From the IMG/VR virus record IMGVR_UViG_3300042398_000969, positions 1 to 64,000 of that record: DNA of 64,000 bases. One strand, given 5' to 3'. Source of the stretch: a virus. Of the stretch, positions 46,566 to 56,634 are shown one piece after another. Position 1 is the first letter of the stretch. Each line of letters starts with the position of its first letter. The notes beneath the pieces are model-generated. The model ran no database searches and had not been told where the DNA came from. It saw only the letters and a program-made list of their open reading frames with translations. A program made the position numbers and the translations under genes.

Positions 46566-47455
46566 TTAAAATAGATGTTTATAATTTTACCTTGTCTTAA
46601 TCCAAAAAAATATACCAAGTCATCAATGTTACCAATAGGCTTTGCTAGCGGTATTCTACCTGGATTGTAAATTGGTTTTGTGTAATCATAACCATATGTT
46701 TTTACATTATTCTTTTTACACCAATTATAATATTTTGTTTTAATACCATTCTCATATGTTGGGTCAACTTCATCCATACCATCTAATTCAATGTGAATTT
46801 CATTAGATAACCCCTGGCTTTGTCTAACCAATTCCTTTTCAATAACCGGCATATCGTCATCACAAAAACAATGAAATAAATTCTTACCCGGTGTTGCGTA
46901 TCCAACATAAATCCAACCAGCTAACATACTACATTTAAAATGTTCATAATCCTCCTCTTCATATGGTACTTGCATATGTGGTGTGGCCGTCGCTATAATT
47001 CTTTTATCGGGTCTGATTTGATGTCTATTCTTTTCCGCAATTTCAGTTAAGTGAACTAGATCATTTAATCGATGACATAGTTCTTCTGTTTCTCTTACCT
47101 TTGCATTAGAACTGTCCTTCTCACACGTTTCAACATACTTGTGAAACTCCTCATGAATTCTATTTAGTTCTTCTCTCGTAATATCATCATGAATATCGGC
47201 ACTACCAACATAATGTTCACCCAAAGAATCGATGATTTCAACCAGTTGTTTAATTTCTTTAATATAGTTAGAAAAATCTTCATTAGTTGAGGAGATAAAC
47301 CATTTGTCTTTAAATTCTGGTACTCCCTGTTTCCATTGGTCTTTCCAATCTAACATTAAATCTTTCCAGGCTCTAGCATATCTGGTGTCAACTAGTTCCC
47401 AATCAAAAGACTTTTCTTCACCTTTATAGTTTTCAAATACAATCGTTAAAATCAT
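46562..47455 (-). CDS. hypothetical protein
   Basis: 297 aa, His-rich motifs LNRIHEEFH, LNDLVH, YATPGK. Confidence 0.7.
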   Translation of the reverse strand: MILTIVFENYKGEEKSFDWELVDTRYARAWKDLMLDWKDQWKQGVPEFKDKWFISSTNEDFSNYIKEIKQLVEIIDSLGEHYVGSADIHDDITREELNRIHEEFHKYVETCEKDSSNAKVRETEELCHRLNDLVHLTEIAEKNRHQIRPDKRIIATATPHMQVPYEEEDYEHFKCSMLAGWIYVGYATPGKNLFHCFCDDDMPVIEKELVRQSQGLSNEIHIELDGMDEVDPTYENGIKTKYYNWCKKNNVKTYGYDYTKPIYNPGRIPLAKPIGNIDDLVYFFGLRQGKIINIYFK

Positions 47456-48152
47456 TGTTTATTTTTTTAAAAATTATTTCAGATAACCAAATATGCCCTT
47501 CTTCGGATAAATGGTAATCCTTTATTTGTTTATTCGTTTGTTTATATATCGACTTATCTGATTGATCAATCCTTTCTATCCAACCTATCTTTGGATCATC
47601 TAGCCAGATGTTACCGGTATAATCTTTAATCTTATATGATCGATCAATGTTATCATTATACTCAGAAAGTACATCTCCACCAATTGAACATATATTCCAT
47701 AATATAACATTTTTTGTTAAATTTTTGTATATAAAATGGGATATTTTTGTAATCAGATCGATATCATTTCTATATGTAAATCCTAATGAGTGAAAGTTAA
47801 TGAAATAATCTTCAATGGTTTTCCATTCATCAATATTCCAAGTATAACCTTTGTTATTTTTTATCTCGTCATTGTATACACCCATGTCAGAAGCGTAAAC
47901 TGTTCTAGATTCATTTTCAGAAACTGGAACATCCATTCTACCTGGCCCAGATATTTGTATAATAATGTAATCATTTTTGTTTATATTTTCTAATTCGTTT
48001 ATTATGGTTTTTAAAATAAAACTATTTGAACAACCAACTAATCCTTTATTAATCAATTCAACCCCCAACTTATCAGACAATAGTTTTGTCCAATTTAATG
48101 CCTCTCTATTTGGATAAAAATCAGTAAAGCTATCACCAAACGTGTAGATCAT
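47433..48152 (-). CDS. SGNH/GDSL-like protein
   Basis: TFGDSFT, NKGLVGCSN, DYHLSEEGH. Confidence 0.7.
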   Translation of the reverse strand: MIYTFGDSFTDFYPNREALNWTKLLSDKLGVELINKGLVGCSNSFILKTIINELENINKNDYIIIQISGPGRMDVPVSENESRTVYASDMGVYNDEIKNNKGYTWNIDEWKTIEDYFINFHSLGFTYRNDIDLITKISHFIYKNLTKNVILWNICSIGGDVLSEYNDNIDRSYKIKDYTGNIWLDDPKIGWIERIDQSDKSIYKQTNKQIKDYHLSEEGHIWLSEIIFKKINNDFNDCI

Positions 48153-48914
48153 TTATATAAATTTAGGGGTTGCTTTATAATTTCTAGTAACCATCTCTGC
48201 CCATTTTTTACCAGCTGGTTCATGGTATTGTGCGTTTCTCCAGTGAACAATTAAGTGTATTCTATCTTCTTTAGAATCATTCCAAACGGCATGTCTATTG
48301 GATAAATCCAATAAGAAACCTTTACCTTCTTTGAATGGTACAATACCTTGATTCTCCATTATGAAATTACAACCCTCTGGATTATTCAATGCAATGTTTA
48401 TCGGGAATAATAATTTATGATCCCTATCTCTGTGTGGTAAAACATACCCTCCAGCTTTTAATAACATGAATCTAACTCTGGTATATGAATCATGTGGGAA
48501 AACGTCTTTAAAATATTCAACCGTTTTAGGTATTCTATCTGATATCTCTGTCCAATCATATGGAACCAGTTTCTCATCACCTAATGCTTTATATTCTTCA
48601 TAACTATTCCAATTCATTGTGTGTTGAGATGATATACCATGTATTGTTAAACTAGCCCACCCGCTATGTGATGCTCCCATTTGACCTGGGTCGTTTGCTC
48701 TATGATCAACAAACAATGACTTTAGTTCTAGTGCTTCATTAAGCATTTCTTTATATGGTAAACCATCTAGTGGTATCTCCCAGTATGGTACACCACTTTC
48801 ATTTTGTAACCATTGGTACTTATTGAACTCCGTTTGAAAATTTGGGAAGTCGATACGTTTTGGTTTTAACATACTATTTGCTTCGTAAAACTCAGTCAGC
48901 TTACTATCTACCAT
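48153..48914 (-). CDS. aspartyl/asparaginyl beta-hydroxylase-like Fe/2OG enzyme
   Basis: RVRFMLL..GG...PHRD, HAVWN..DRIHLI. Confidence 0.8.
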   Translation of the reverse strand: MVDSKLTEFYEANSMLKPKRIDFPNFQTEFNKYQWLQNESGVPYWEIPLDGLPYKEMLNEALELKSLFVDHRANDPGQMGASHSGWASLTIHGISSQHTMNWNSYEEYKALGDEKLVPYDWTEISDRIPKTVEYFKDVFPHDSYTRVRFMLLKAGGYVLPHRDRDHKLLFPINIALNNPEGCNFIMENQGIVPFKEGKGFLLDLSNRHAVWNDSKEDRIHLIVHWRNAQYHEPAGKKWAEMVTRNYKATPKFI

Positions 48915-48915
48915 T

Positions 48916-50235
48916 TTATAAATGTTTTGTTAATTCTGGTGGAAACACCATTATTGATTTATTTCTTCTAATATCATATTGTAAATAAAACTTTTTAAAA
49001 TCATTCCAAAGTTTAACTGGATCTTGATCTGCGTTTTGATGTGGTCTTTCAACGTCAGTTAAATAATCAACCAATCTTTCAATATCTGTTTGTTCAAATA
49101 AATGTAATTTATGTTTATTCTTAATATACCATTCTTCTAAATGATCTCTTCTTTCTTTTCTAACTTCTTTTGGTAAACTAAGTGATGATTGGAAAGCCGG
49201 GAATCTTAAGATATTAAGACTTAGATAAGGATAACCACCAAACCTTTCTTTTAATTTGATCATATCATCCATGAAGTCTGTAATAGTAAATAAACATAAC
49301 GCATTGATTGTCATCATGATATAAGTTTTAGACCAATTACCTTCTTTCATAAATCTAGTTAAATTGTTTAACCAGGTTTTATATACCACACCATCTCTGA
49401 TATAATCAGCTTGTTCGCCAGTCGCTTCCATGCTAGTATATAAATGGAAATCTTTTAATCCTTTTGACTTCTGAATTATCTTATCAATGATTTCTGGTTT
49501 ACCCATTAAATTAGAGTTAATTGCAAATCTCATATCCAAGTTCTCTTCAATAAGATAATCAATTATCTTCCAAGTTTGTGGGCTCATTGTTGGTTCACCG
49601 CCTGTAATTCTAAGTTCTTCTAATGAATCTTTTAATCCGTTGTGCCACCATTCCCAGAAAGCCTTTATATAAGGGTTATTTTCCTCACTATCATATAAAT
49701 CTTCCTTACTACCGTCTGAACTAAAGATCGTCGCCCCATAGGTCTGCAAATCGCGATACGGACCATTCTTTATAATATCTTTGGCCCAAGTTGTACTGTA
49801 ATCTGCGTTACAATAAGAACAGGCTAAGTTACATGCTCTACTAAAACTTATCTCCAGTGTTTTTAGATTAACATTATCACTAGTTGGTGCTGTTGATATT
49901 CTATCAATATCTTCCTGTTTGTATATGATTGATTTGTGAACCCTGTCACTAATATGATCTTTACCCATATCTTCAATCTTCCAACAATATTCACATTCAG
50001 GTGGTCGAACACCATTTAACATCATCTCACGCATTTTCTTCTTGTGTGATGTGTTGTGTATTGCTGTGAAATCATTAGCTAACTCATCTAGTGGTATTGT
50101 TTGTTTCGGTGGATGGTGACAAGATGTTGTACCACCACTATTAAGCCATATGCTGGCGTTTAACCATTTAGCTGCGCAAAATGATGGACTAATAACATCC
50201 AATACCGATTTTCTATATTTTAAATGTTCATTCAT
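48916..50235 (-). CDS. radical SAM protein with N-terminal twitch/SPASM-like domain
   Basis: CAAKW..SCHH..CEYCW; CNLACSYC; ITGGEP. Confidence 0.9.
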   Translation of the reverse strand: MNEHLKYRKSVLDVISPSFCAAKWLNASIWLNSGGTTSCHHPPKQTIPLDELANDFTAIHNTSHKKKMREMMLNGVRPPECEYCWKIEDMGKDHISDRVHKSIIYKQEDIDRISTAPTSDNVNLKTLEISFSRACNLACSYCNADYSTTWAKDIIKNGPYRDLQTYGATIFSSDGSKEDLYDSEENNPYIKAFWEWWHNGLKDSLEELRITGGEPTMSPQTWKIIDYLIEENLDMRFAINSNLMGKPEIIDKIIQKSKGLKDFHLYTSMEATGEQADYIRDGVVYKTWLNNLTRFMKEGNWSKTYIMMTINALCLFTITDFMDDMIKLKERFGGYPYLSLNILRFPAFQSSLSLPKEVRKERRDHLEEWYIKNKHKLHLFEQTDIERLVDYLTDVERPHQNADQDPVKLWNDFKKFYLQYDIRRNKSIMVFPPELTKHL

Positions 50236-51234
50236 CTAATTAAAATTATGTACAACGTTTTTATATTTTTTTAGTTTCTCAACTTCAACTTTGAAATCGG
50301 AATTTAACTCATGGGATTCATCCCAAACTTTGATTTCATTATACTTCGCATCTGAAAATGTTCCCCAGTTAGCAACTTTGTAAAAGAAGATCAAAACCTT
50401 TTTATTTTGGAAGATATTGTTAACCATGTCACAGAAGATATCCATCTCTTTGTAGTTTTCCTTTTGTGCAACAAAAGATAATATAACCTGTTCAACGGTT
50501 GAGATTGTATTAATGAACTTTAAGTTTTCAACTAACGTTTCCCACTTACCACCAAGTCTAACTTTCTCATAAGTTTCCTTTGTAGCGGCATCAATACTAA
50601 TCTCACAGCTTTTTACATATGGATGAATGTTACGCATCATCTCCCAAACTTTTGGAGTCCAAAGAATGCCATTGGTATGAAGGATAATGTTTTTTAGTTT
50701 AGGATATTTTTCAGAATTTATATTCATCAAGTATTCACGCATTGGAATACTATAGAATGGATCACCAGTACCACTAGTAAAAATCTCTTCTAGCTCATCA
50801 CTATATGCTTCTTCTATCTTTTGAAATATTAATCTACTTTTCTTTGTTCGTTCTTCAGTATTGGGAACAATATCCAATCTACAACTAGGGCACCTTAAAT
50901 TACACGCAACATCAAAACATAACTTAATTCGTTTTGGTTTATTGTAAATTTGATTTTTAAATTCAACTATAGGTTTGATTGGTCCAGTAACTGCACCAGT
51001 TTTAACTAATGTGTTTAACGATGGACAAAATTCTGTGCTACAGTTTTTAAACGACCCATCTAACATTGACTCTCTAATTTCAACAGCTGGTTCACCAAAC
51101 CAATTATCTAAAAAGTTCTCACTAATTTGAATGTTGGTTGTATTCCAATATGGACAGCACAGAGTTTGTTTATCTGTGTGTAATTCTGTGTAGGTGAAAG
51201 GTAACTCACAGTAATAATTTTTTAAATCAACCAT
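50236..51234 (-). CDS. radical SAM protein with N-terminal twitch-like domain
   Basis: CELPF..LCCP..CSTEFC; CNLRCPSC; GTGDPF. Confidence 0.9.
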   Translation of the reverse strand: MVDLKNYYCELPFTYTELHTDKQTLCCPYWNTTNIQISENFLDNWFGEPAVEIRESMLDGSFKNCSTEFCPSLNTLVKTGAVTGPIKPIVEFKNQIYNKPKRIKLCFDVACNLRCPSCRLDIVPNTEERTKKSRLIFQKIEEAYSDELEEIFTSGTGDPFYSIPMREYLMNINSEKYPKLKNIILHTNGILWTPKVWEMMRNIHPYVKSCEISIDAATKETYEKVRLGGKWETLVENLKFINTISTVEQVILSFVAQKENYKEMDIFCDMVNNIFQNKKVLIFFYKVANWGTFSDAKYNEIKVWDESHELNSDFKVEVEKLKKYKNVVHNFN

Positions 51235-52247
51235 TATGATAAATTTTCGTTTACGTGTTCAATACCTTTTATTTTTTCTATCTCATCTAGGAATAAATTA
51301 TATTCTGGGTGTGTTGGTTCGTAGATACATTGTTCATCCCAATACTCTTTAGTATGGAATGGGAACTTGATGATCTTGAATAATTGTATTCTAGCTTTAT
51401 CACCAAAATATCCTTTAATCATTTTAACAAAATCAACCATCTCTTTGTAGTTGTCTTTTTGAACAACCATTGAGCATATGATAAACTCAAAATTTGGAAT
51501 AACTTCTTTTGAAAGATATTCTAAGTTTGATAATAGAACGTCCCACTTACCATTTAACCTAACCTTCTCGTATGTTTCTTTTGTTGCGGCATCTATTGAT
51601 ATGTGTGCGCTCTTAACATATTGATGAACATTTGGCATTCTTTCCCACATATCCTTATTCCAAAGAGTACCATTTGTATGTAAGTGTATCTTTTTAAGAT
51701 TTGGATATTTCTCAGGCTTGAAGTTAATCAAGTAGTCTCTATATGATTTTGAATAGAACGGATCACCAGTACTGGTAATGTGTAACTCCTCAACTTCATC
51801 ACTATAAGCCTCCTCAATCTTTAATACCTTGTCATCTATCTCCAATATTTTTGTTGGATCTGCATTGATTAAAGATGGTCGACATGATGGGCATTTAAGG
51901 TTGCAACTAAAATCAAAGCAGAAGTTAATCCATTTTGGTTTGTTCCACTCCCTACTCATGAAATCTTCTCTAGTTAATATGTTATGATTTGGTTTATCAT
52001 CTCTAATAACACTATGTAAGTGTGAACATTGTTCTTTATCACAGTATTTGTAAGAACCATCAAGAATGGATTCTCTAACCATCTTAGCTTTATCTCCAAA
52101 CCAATCTTTTTCAAAATCTCCGGTCTCATGAACGTTAACACCCATTAAGTTAGGACAACAAAGATATTGTCTATCATTGTCATAAACTTCTGTGTACATG
52201 AACGGCCAAGTACAAACATATTTCTTTAAATCAACTTCTTTATTCAT
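51234..52247 (-). CDS. radical SAM protein with N-terminal twitch-like domain
   Basis: CTWPF..LCCP..CDKEQC; CNLKCPSC; STGDPF. Confidence 0.9.
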   Translation of the reverse strand: MNKEVDLKKYVCTWPFMYTEVYDNDRQYLCCPNLMGVNVHETGDFEKDWFGDKAKMVRESILDGSYKYCDKEQCSHLHSVIRDDKPNHNILTREDFMSREWNKPKWINFCFDFSCNLKCPSCRPSLINADPTKILEIDDKVLKIEEAYSDEVEELHITSTGDPFYSKSYRDYLINFKPEKYPNLKKIHLHTNGTLWNKDMWERMPNVHQYVKSAHISIDAATKETYEKVRLNGKWDVLLSNLEYLSKEVIPNFEFIICSMVVQKDNYKEMVDFVKMIKGYFGDKARIQLFKIIKFPFHTKEYWDEQCIYEPTHPEYNLFLDEIEKIKGIEHVNENLS

Positions 52248-53481
52248 AATATTTCGATATTTCTGGTATCATCACAGAAATGTTTTGGTTTCTTTTTATA
52301 TCCAAAGCGTTAGTGAATTTTTTAAATAAAACTATTTGATATTCATTTCTCTCTAACGACAGTTGGTTCTTTATTGCTATTAATCTTTCTATCACCCAAT
52401 CAACTTGGAACACATCCGGATACTCTCTACTTTCGATATCACCCAGCGTCTCATCGATCTTAACTATAAGATCATTCTTCAAATTGTCTGGCATGTTCCT
52501 AATATTAAGATAAGAGGGATTTTGCAATATGTGTAGTATAGGTAAAACTGATTTCGATAAGAAGAAGTCAATTAGATCAAACATACAAAACACATTATAT
52601 ATTTGAACGGTGAAATTGGCATTCATCTTTATGTTATCATGATCGACCATGAACTTATATGTCATATCAATCTTATTTTTGGTTATATCCCATACCATCG
52701 GGTATCTAATGTACTCATAAACAGGGCCTAACCCATCAATTGAGAAATCTATGGTTACACGTTTAAACTTACTTAGTTTTTCTAAGGTTTCTTCTTTCAT
52801 CTTTGTTAGATTCGTATTCAATCTAAACTCAATGTTTTTAGCATAATCACCTTCAATCAAGTAATCTAATAATTCATAGAAAGATTTGTTAATCAAAGGC
52901 TCTCCACCAGAAAATCTAATGATTTTAATTGTACTAGCATTATCTCTGATCCCTTGTATGTAACTTGTTAAATCATCGGTGATTTCAAAGTCAACAATTG
53001 GTAAAATTTCACCTAGAGTACTGTCCAATGATATCAACTCCTTATACTCTTTATTAATAAGGTCAGAATCCTGTGGTTGACACATTCTACATTTTAAATT
53101 ACAAAGATTACCAACACGTAGCTCAATTGCTGTTGGGAATTTATCTAGTTGGCCACCATTTTCTTCCGCTACTTTAACACTATCCAAATAGTCTTCATTT
53201 TCCTCGTATATTTCAACCAGATCTTTTCTTAATGATGTACCACCATTTCTTTCAGATCGATAGCATTCTTCACAACCTTTAATTTCCTCACCATTGATGG
53301 CTTTAATCCTAGATTGTTTCATGTAATCGCTATTCCAGAATGTGTCTAGGCTTTCATTAACACCGATACCAACAACCTTATTATCTTTGATTGGTACATG
53401 TAAACAACAAGTTTTATAAACCCCAAAAGAGTCATTCATGACATTGTTAAAAAAGTTAGGACAAATCGTTTTGTTATCCAT
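52240..53481 (-). CDS. radical SAM protein with N-terminal twitch-like domain
   Basis: CPNFF..TCC..CEEC; CNLKCRMC; FSGGEP. Confidence 0.9.
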   Translation of the reverse strand: MDNKTICPNFFNNVMNDSFGVYKTCCLHVPIKDNKVVGIGVNESLDTFWNSDYMKQSRIKAINGEEIKGCEECYRSERNGGTSLRKDLVEIYEENEDYLDSVKVAEENGGQLDKFPTAIELRVGNLCNLKCRMCQPQDSDLINKEYKELISLDSTLGEILPIVDFEITDDLTSYIQGIRDNASTIKIIRFSGGEPLINKSFYELLDYLIEGDYAKNIEFRLNTNLTKMKEETLEKLSKFKRVTIDFSIDGLGPVYEYIRYPMVWDITKNKIDMTYKFMVDHDNIKMNANFTVQIYNVFCMFDLIDFFLSKSVLPILHILQNPSYLNIRNMPDNLKNDLIVKIDETLGDIESREYPDVFQVDWVIERLIAIKNQLSLERNEYQIVLFKKFTNALDIKRNQNISVMIPEISKYYE

Positions 53482-54644
53482 TACAATAATTTTTTAATAA
53501 AATTGTTACCGTCTTCCCATCTTTCTTTTTCTGGGAATATTTCACAAAGTTTTTCATAATAATAATTTCCTAAACCATTGAGATACAGTTTCTTTTGTGA
53601 TTCTAAAATCTCCGTTTCAGTATTACCATATTTTATCTTTTCAACCAACACGTTTAAATGGTCATAACCATTATGTTGTATTGTATGTATATCTTTCATT
53701 CTATCTAGCATGATATTGTTGATATAATCATCAATTTTATGTTCCGCTAAGTGTAAATACCCACACAGATTATGGTACCTTAAGTATTTAAGATCAGTAC
53801 CAATACTTATAACATCTTTTGGTGTGTCTATAAACCTACCTATCTCCATTATCTTCTTCACATTCGAATTTACTGTGAACTTATTGTCATCACCCGGTTT
53901 TGGTATAATAGATAATGATGGATAATCACTAAATAAAAATGTATGTGCTTCAAACATTGTCCAGTTCTTCAAATACCCCTCGGTTATTTTATTATAGATT
54001 GGGAAAAATAATAATTGTTCCACAATCTGAGGTGACCTGAATGTATCAGTGTCTAATAACTCACGATTTGTAAAATAAAAATCAACCAAATAGTCATAAG
54101 TCTTTTTGATGTTCTCCAAATCATAACCACCAAAAATTGACATGTTTGGTATGAAGTCCATTGGCATTGTTTTAAAGAAATCCAATTCAAAACAATCTTT
54201 TAACTTTATGAACAACTCGTAGTAGTACTCGTAAAATGAAATAAACCTAGAATTCTCAATTCTATGTTCAAATCGTGGGTACAACATCACATCAGGGAAA
54301 GCAAAGATTAACTTTTTATTCTCTGGGATCTGAACCCTTTCGAAAAGGAAAGTATCAGTATCGATGTGTAGGAATGGTGTGTTTTGGTGTCTGTATACCT
54401 CCATTTTGGGTATAGCAAAGTTTGGACCATCATAGTTTAGTTTATCCAACAAGTCTGTGTTAATTCTATTGTATGGAAGATCTAATGGTTTTATGATCTC
54501 ATAAATGTCACTTGTGGTATATAAATGAACATTGTCATATAATCTTTTTGCACATAGCAGTGACATGATCATATGGAAGATCGTTCTTTTGTTAGTATAG
54601 TCTGGTTTTGAACTAACGTTAGCCCATGTGTGGATTATGTTCAT
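53481..54644 (-). CDS. GT-A-like protein (DUF6734-like)
   Basis: FAIPKM, PFLHIDTDTFL, IVEQ, GYLHL. Confidence 0.55.
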   Translation of the reverse strand: MNIIHTWANVSSKPDYTNKRTIFHMIMSLLCAKRLYDNVHLYTTSDIYEIIKPLDLPYNRINTDLLDKLNYDGPNFAIPKMEVYRHQNTPFLHIDTDTFLFERVQIPENKKLIFAFPDVMLYPRFEHRIENSRFISFYEYYYELFIKLKDCFELDFFKTMPMDFIPNMSIFGGYDLENIKKTYDYLVDFYFTNRELLDTDTFRSPQIVEQLLFFPIYNKITEGYLKNWTMFEAHTFLFSDYPSLSIIPKPGDDNKFTVNSNVKKIMEIGRFIDTPKDVISIGTDLKYLRYHNLCGYLHLAEHKIDDYINNIMLDRMKDIHTIQHNGYDHLNVLVEKIKYGNTETEILESQKKLYLNGLGNYYYEKLCEIFPEKERWEDGNNFIKKLL

Positions 54645-55261
54645 AAATAAAATCTATTCAGTAGGTTGAAGTGCGGTGACCTATCCCAAACTTTTTGTTC
54701 TGTTTTCCTGTTGAAATCATAACAACCAAGTATATTAATATCTATTTCACTTTCACTTTCCAACGCTCTTATTTCATCAATATAACACATTTTTTTCGCA
54801 ATAACTAATCCGGTTAAATCATACTCAATATTGTCAGCATGACCACCACCAAAATTATATGTGCTGGTTGGTAAAAATATCATATTACCCATAAAACTAT
54901 GTACCAATGAGTCATTTATGTATATGAAATTTTCATTATCTCTTCCACTTAATAAAATCTCAAAAGAGGTTTCACCTTTCATTTCTGCATAAAACTTAAG
55001 AACACCCTTTTCTTTATCTTCTTGATCATCAACGTGTCTAAAGGTGAACTGTAATTGATCATCACATATTTGTATGCCCAGTTCATCATTACCTTTCCAC
55101 ACAATATTAGAAACAGAATCTTGTATACCACCAATTAAATCAAATTTGATATAGAAGGTATATTCGTTAGAATTGTCAAATGCTAATATATTACCGCTAT
55201 TCATACCATATGATATGATATCCGGATTTAAGCACCAGGGTTCCTTATATTTTATTATCAT
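54641..55261 (-). CDS. LamG/concanavalin-like beta-sandwich protein
   Basis: FIYINDSL, YDFN..VWDRS; resembles the LamG inserts of the GT7 proteins. Confidence 0.45.
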   Translation of the reverse strand: MIIKYKEPWCLNPDIISYGMNSGNILAFDNSNEYTFYIKFDLIGGIQDSVSNIVWKGNDELGIQICDDQLQFTFRHVDDQEDKEKGVLKFYAEMKGETSFEILLSGRDNENFIYINDSLVHSFMGNMIFLPTSTYNFGGGHADNIEYDLTGLVIAKKMCYIDEIRALESESEIDINILGCYDFNRKTEQKVWDRSPHFNLLNRFYL

Positions 55262-56634
55262 ATTAAATGTGTTTTATAAAAATCTTCTAACTCTGGAAAA
55301 GTTTTGACAAAATCAGTTCCTCTTCTTTGATCGATTTGTTTAATGTAATGTGAAAACGTTTTTCTTTGTTTAAATAATTCATTATCATCTATTGGTGATA
55401 TTGCCCAATCATACGTTCGTTTAAGTTTCTGTATTTCCATATCAGAACATCCCATATGTGTGTGATCATACATAAGAGTAGCGTTGAATAGTGCCAATTT
55501 AGATTGCTCTAAAATGTTATGTTTCATTTGATGTGGTAATATTTGAATACTCATGAAATTAGGGTAACGCAAATATGATGTATCAAATATCGCTGGTTGT
55601 ATCCAACATCTTTGTTCATTCTGATGTACTCTTTTCAACTCCAGAACATCTAAAATAAATTTATCAAATGAGAAGACGCTTAAAGCGTTATATGTAACCA
55701 TGAAATCAATAGTCACTTGTGGTAACTCTGTCAATATTTTATTAACGTTATTCATGAATCTATTATAATCCATACCATTTCTAAGATATTCCGCTTGTTT
55801 ACCGTGGGCATCACATGATGTGAATATTACTAGTTCTCTAATTCTACCTTCACCCAATATGCGTTTACATTTCTCAATTAAATTATCAATTAGTTTGTCA
55901 GGTACACCTAGATTGGTATTGATGGCTAGATTTAAATTTCTATTAGGTTCTTTTTGTTCTAATATGTAATCTAAAACACCCCAAGTATCTTTTGATAATA
56001 AGGGTTCTCCACCAGTAATTCTAAATGTGTGTAGATCTCTATATAGTTCCGGCCACCACTCCCAAAATGCATCAACATATGGATTATGTTCTGAATTTAA
56101 ATAAGGTGTGGTTTCTTCATTAAAATGATTAAAACCATTTTCATATGGTCCGTATTTTTTAAGTTCTTCAACCCATGAACTTGAGAATTGTGGGCCACAG
56201 TACATACATTTGAAGTTACAAGTATTGCTAAATGCTACCTCAACATATTTTGGATTAAAATCCGCTCTCCAATTCAAATCTTTAATTTCATTATAATATT
56301 CCCAAGACCATGGTTCAGATGATTTAAAAACCCTATCAGAATATCTATCCGAATTGTCTTCTATTTTCCAACAATATTCACATTCCGATGGTCTACCGCC
56401 ATTTAACATTTCACGTCTTTTCTCTTTTTTAAATCTCGTGTTATGTAATGCGGATGGATTGTTTTTAATTTCAATCTCAGGTATCTTATGAAGACTTGGG
56501 TGGTGACATGAGTGGTTGTGCCCAGTATGTAATTGTAACGTTACTTGTGTCCATTTAGCTAGACACATACCATTACCAATCCCATTGAGTGATTCACTTA
56601 CTTTTTCATAATGTTTATTAATGTCTATACTCAT
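55258..56634 (-). CDS. radical SAM protein with N-terminal twitch-like domain (paralog of 48916)
   Basis: CLAKW..SCHH..CEYCW; CNFKCMYC; ITGGEP. Confidence 0.9.
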   Translation of the reverse strand: MSIDINKHYEKVSESLNGIGNGMCLAKWTQVTLQLHTGHNHSCHHPSLHKIPEIEIKNNPSALHNTRFKKEKRREMLNGGRPSECEYCWKIEDNSDRYSDRVFKSSEPWSWEYYNEIKDLNWRADFNPKYVEVAFSNTCNFKCMYCGPQFSSSWVEELKKYGPYENGFNHFNEETTPYLNSEHNPYVDAFWEWWPELYRDLHTFRITGGEPLLSKDTWGVLDYILEQKEPNRNLNLAINTNLGVPDKLIDNLIEKCKRILGEGRIRELVIFTSCDAHGKQAEYLRNGMDYNRFMNNVNKILTELPQVTIDFMVTYNALSVFSFDKFILDVLELKRVHQNEQRCWIQPAIFDTSYLRYPNFMSIQILPHQMKHNILEQSKLALFNATLMYDHTHMGCSDMEIQKLKRTYDWAISPIDDNELFKQRKTFSHYIKQIDQRRGTDFVKTFPELEDFYKTHLI

